A stretch of 64,000 nucleotides of DNA, taken from Octopus vulgaris. Its lineage: Eukaryota. The notes under the pieces were generated by a model that was not told the DNA's origin, made no database searches, and saw nothing but the letters and a program-made list of their open reading frames with translations. The stretch is from positions 15,624,001-15,688,000 of the forward strand of contig OX597816.1 in the NCBI GenBank assembly GCA_951406725.2, read 5' to 3'. Positions 63,372 to 64,000 of this stretch are shown in pieces (position 1 is the stretch's first letter; each line of letters begins with the position of its first letter). The translations under genes were made by a program, and so were the position numbers.

Positions 63372-64000
63372 TAATAACAATAATGATGATGATAATAATA
63401 ATAATAATGATGATGATGATGATGATAATTTATCTTGCTCCACTAAATTTTAAAATTTATTAAATTATTTTCTGAAAGATTAATATTTTCCACGAGCTTT
63501 AGTATTCAGTGTTTCATGTTAACATATTTCTGTTTTGTATATATAGATATAGATATAGATATATAGATTTTAGATTTTATTCTCCAAGAAAACGCTGCAG
63601 GGAAGTGGTGGCGGGGTTAGTGGTTGATGGGGGAATGGTTATTTCAAGAAAAACAAACTGCAAAACAAAAAGAAAAACAGAACTACAAACAAACGTATAT
63701 AAATATATAAATAAAGGATATAAAACGAAATTTTAAAAGCAAAAGGGAAGAAAGTGATAAGATCTTTTGTAAAACCCAAACGTAATAGCTTAAAAAAAGA
63801 CAGCTATAGCTATACAACTCTCTATTGAAAATAATAATAATAATAATAATAAACACACTTGCAGCTCTCCTCTACATAAAATGTTATAGATGGCCTTTCA
63901 CACTGGAAGTAGATAGATTTAATACTTGGCATTTTGTTGTGTTCAACAATGTAGAGTCTATCCTTCAAAAATATGAACAGCTCTACAGCGTATCCTTTTA

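Overview
AT-rich, non-coding eukaryotic DNA. The repeat families and the very high (TA)n/(TG)n/(CA)n load resemble what I recall of Octopus (coleoid cephalopod) genomes; this is recognition from memory, not a database result. I found no credible intact protein-coding gene, and nearly all supplied ORFs are translated microsatellites or SINE/LINE sequence. The window looks intronic or intergenic and contains: (i) tRNA-headed SINE families I label A, C, D and E, which swap modules; (ii) many 5'-truncated copies of a LINE-type 3' end with a (GAT)n tail (family B); (iii) two Helentron/DINE-1-like elements, a TIR MITE with a 4-bp TSD, and remnants of mariner, Tc1-type and Gypsy elements; (iv) local tandem and fold-back duplications. 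The most notable hidden signal is a set of minimal type I hammerhead ribozyme motifs in short Penelope-like elements. One is fully formed (21264-21322, -), one near-intact (20917-20985, +), one differs by a single base (44497-44539, -), and several are decayed. A G3-C8 core-covariant version is repeated in a 260-bp tandem array (29203-30008) that resembles a retrozyme. A few splice-signal-bounded microexon or UTR-exon candidates are low confidence. Repeat boundaries are read by eye (about +/-10 bp unless a TSD or TIR fixes them).
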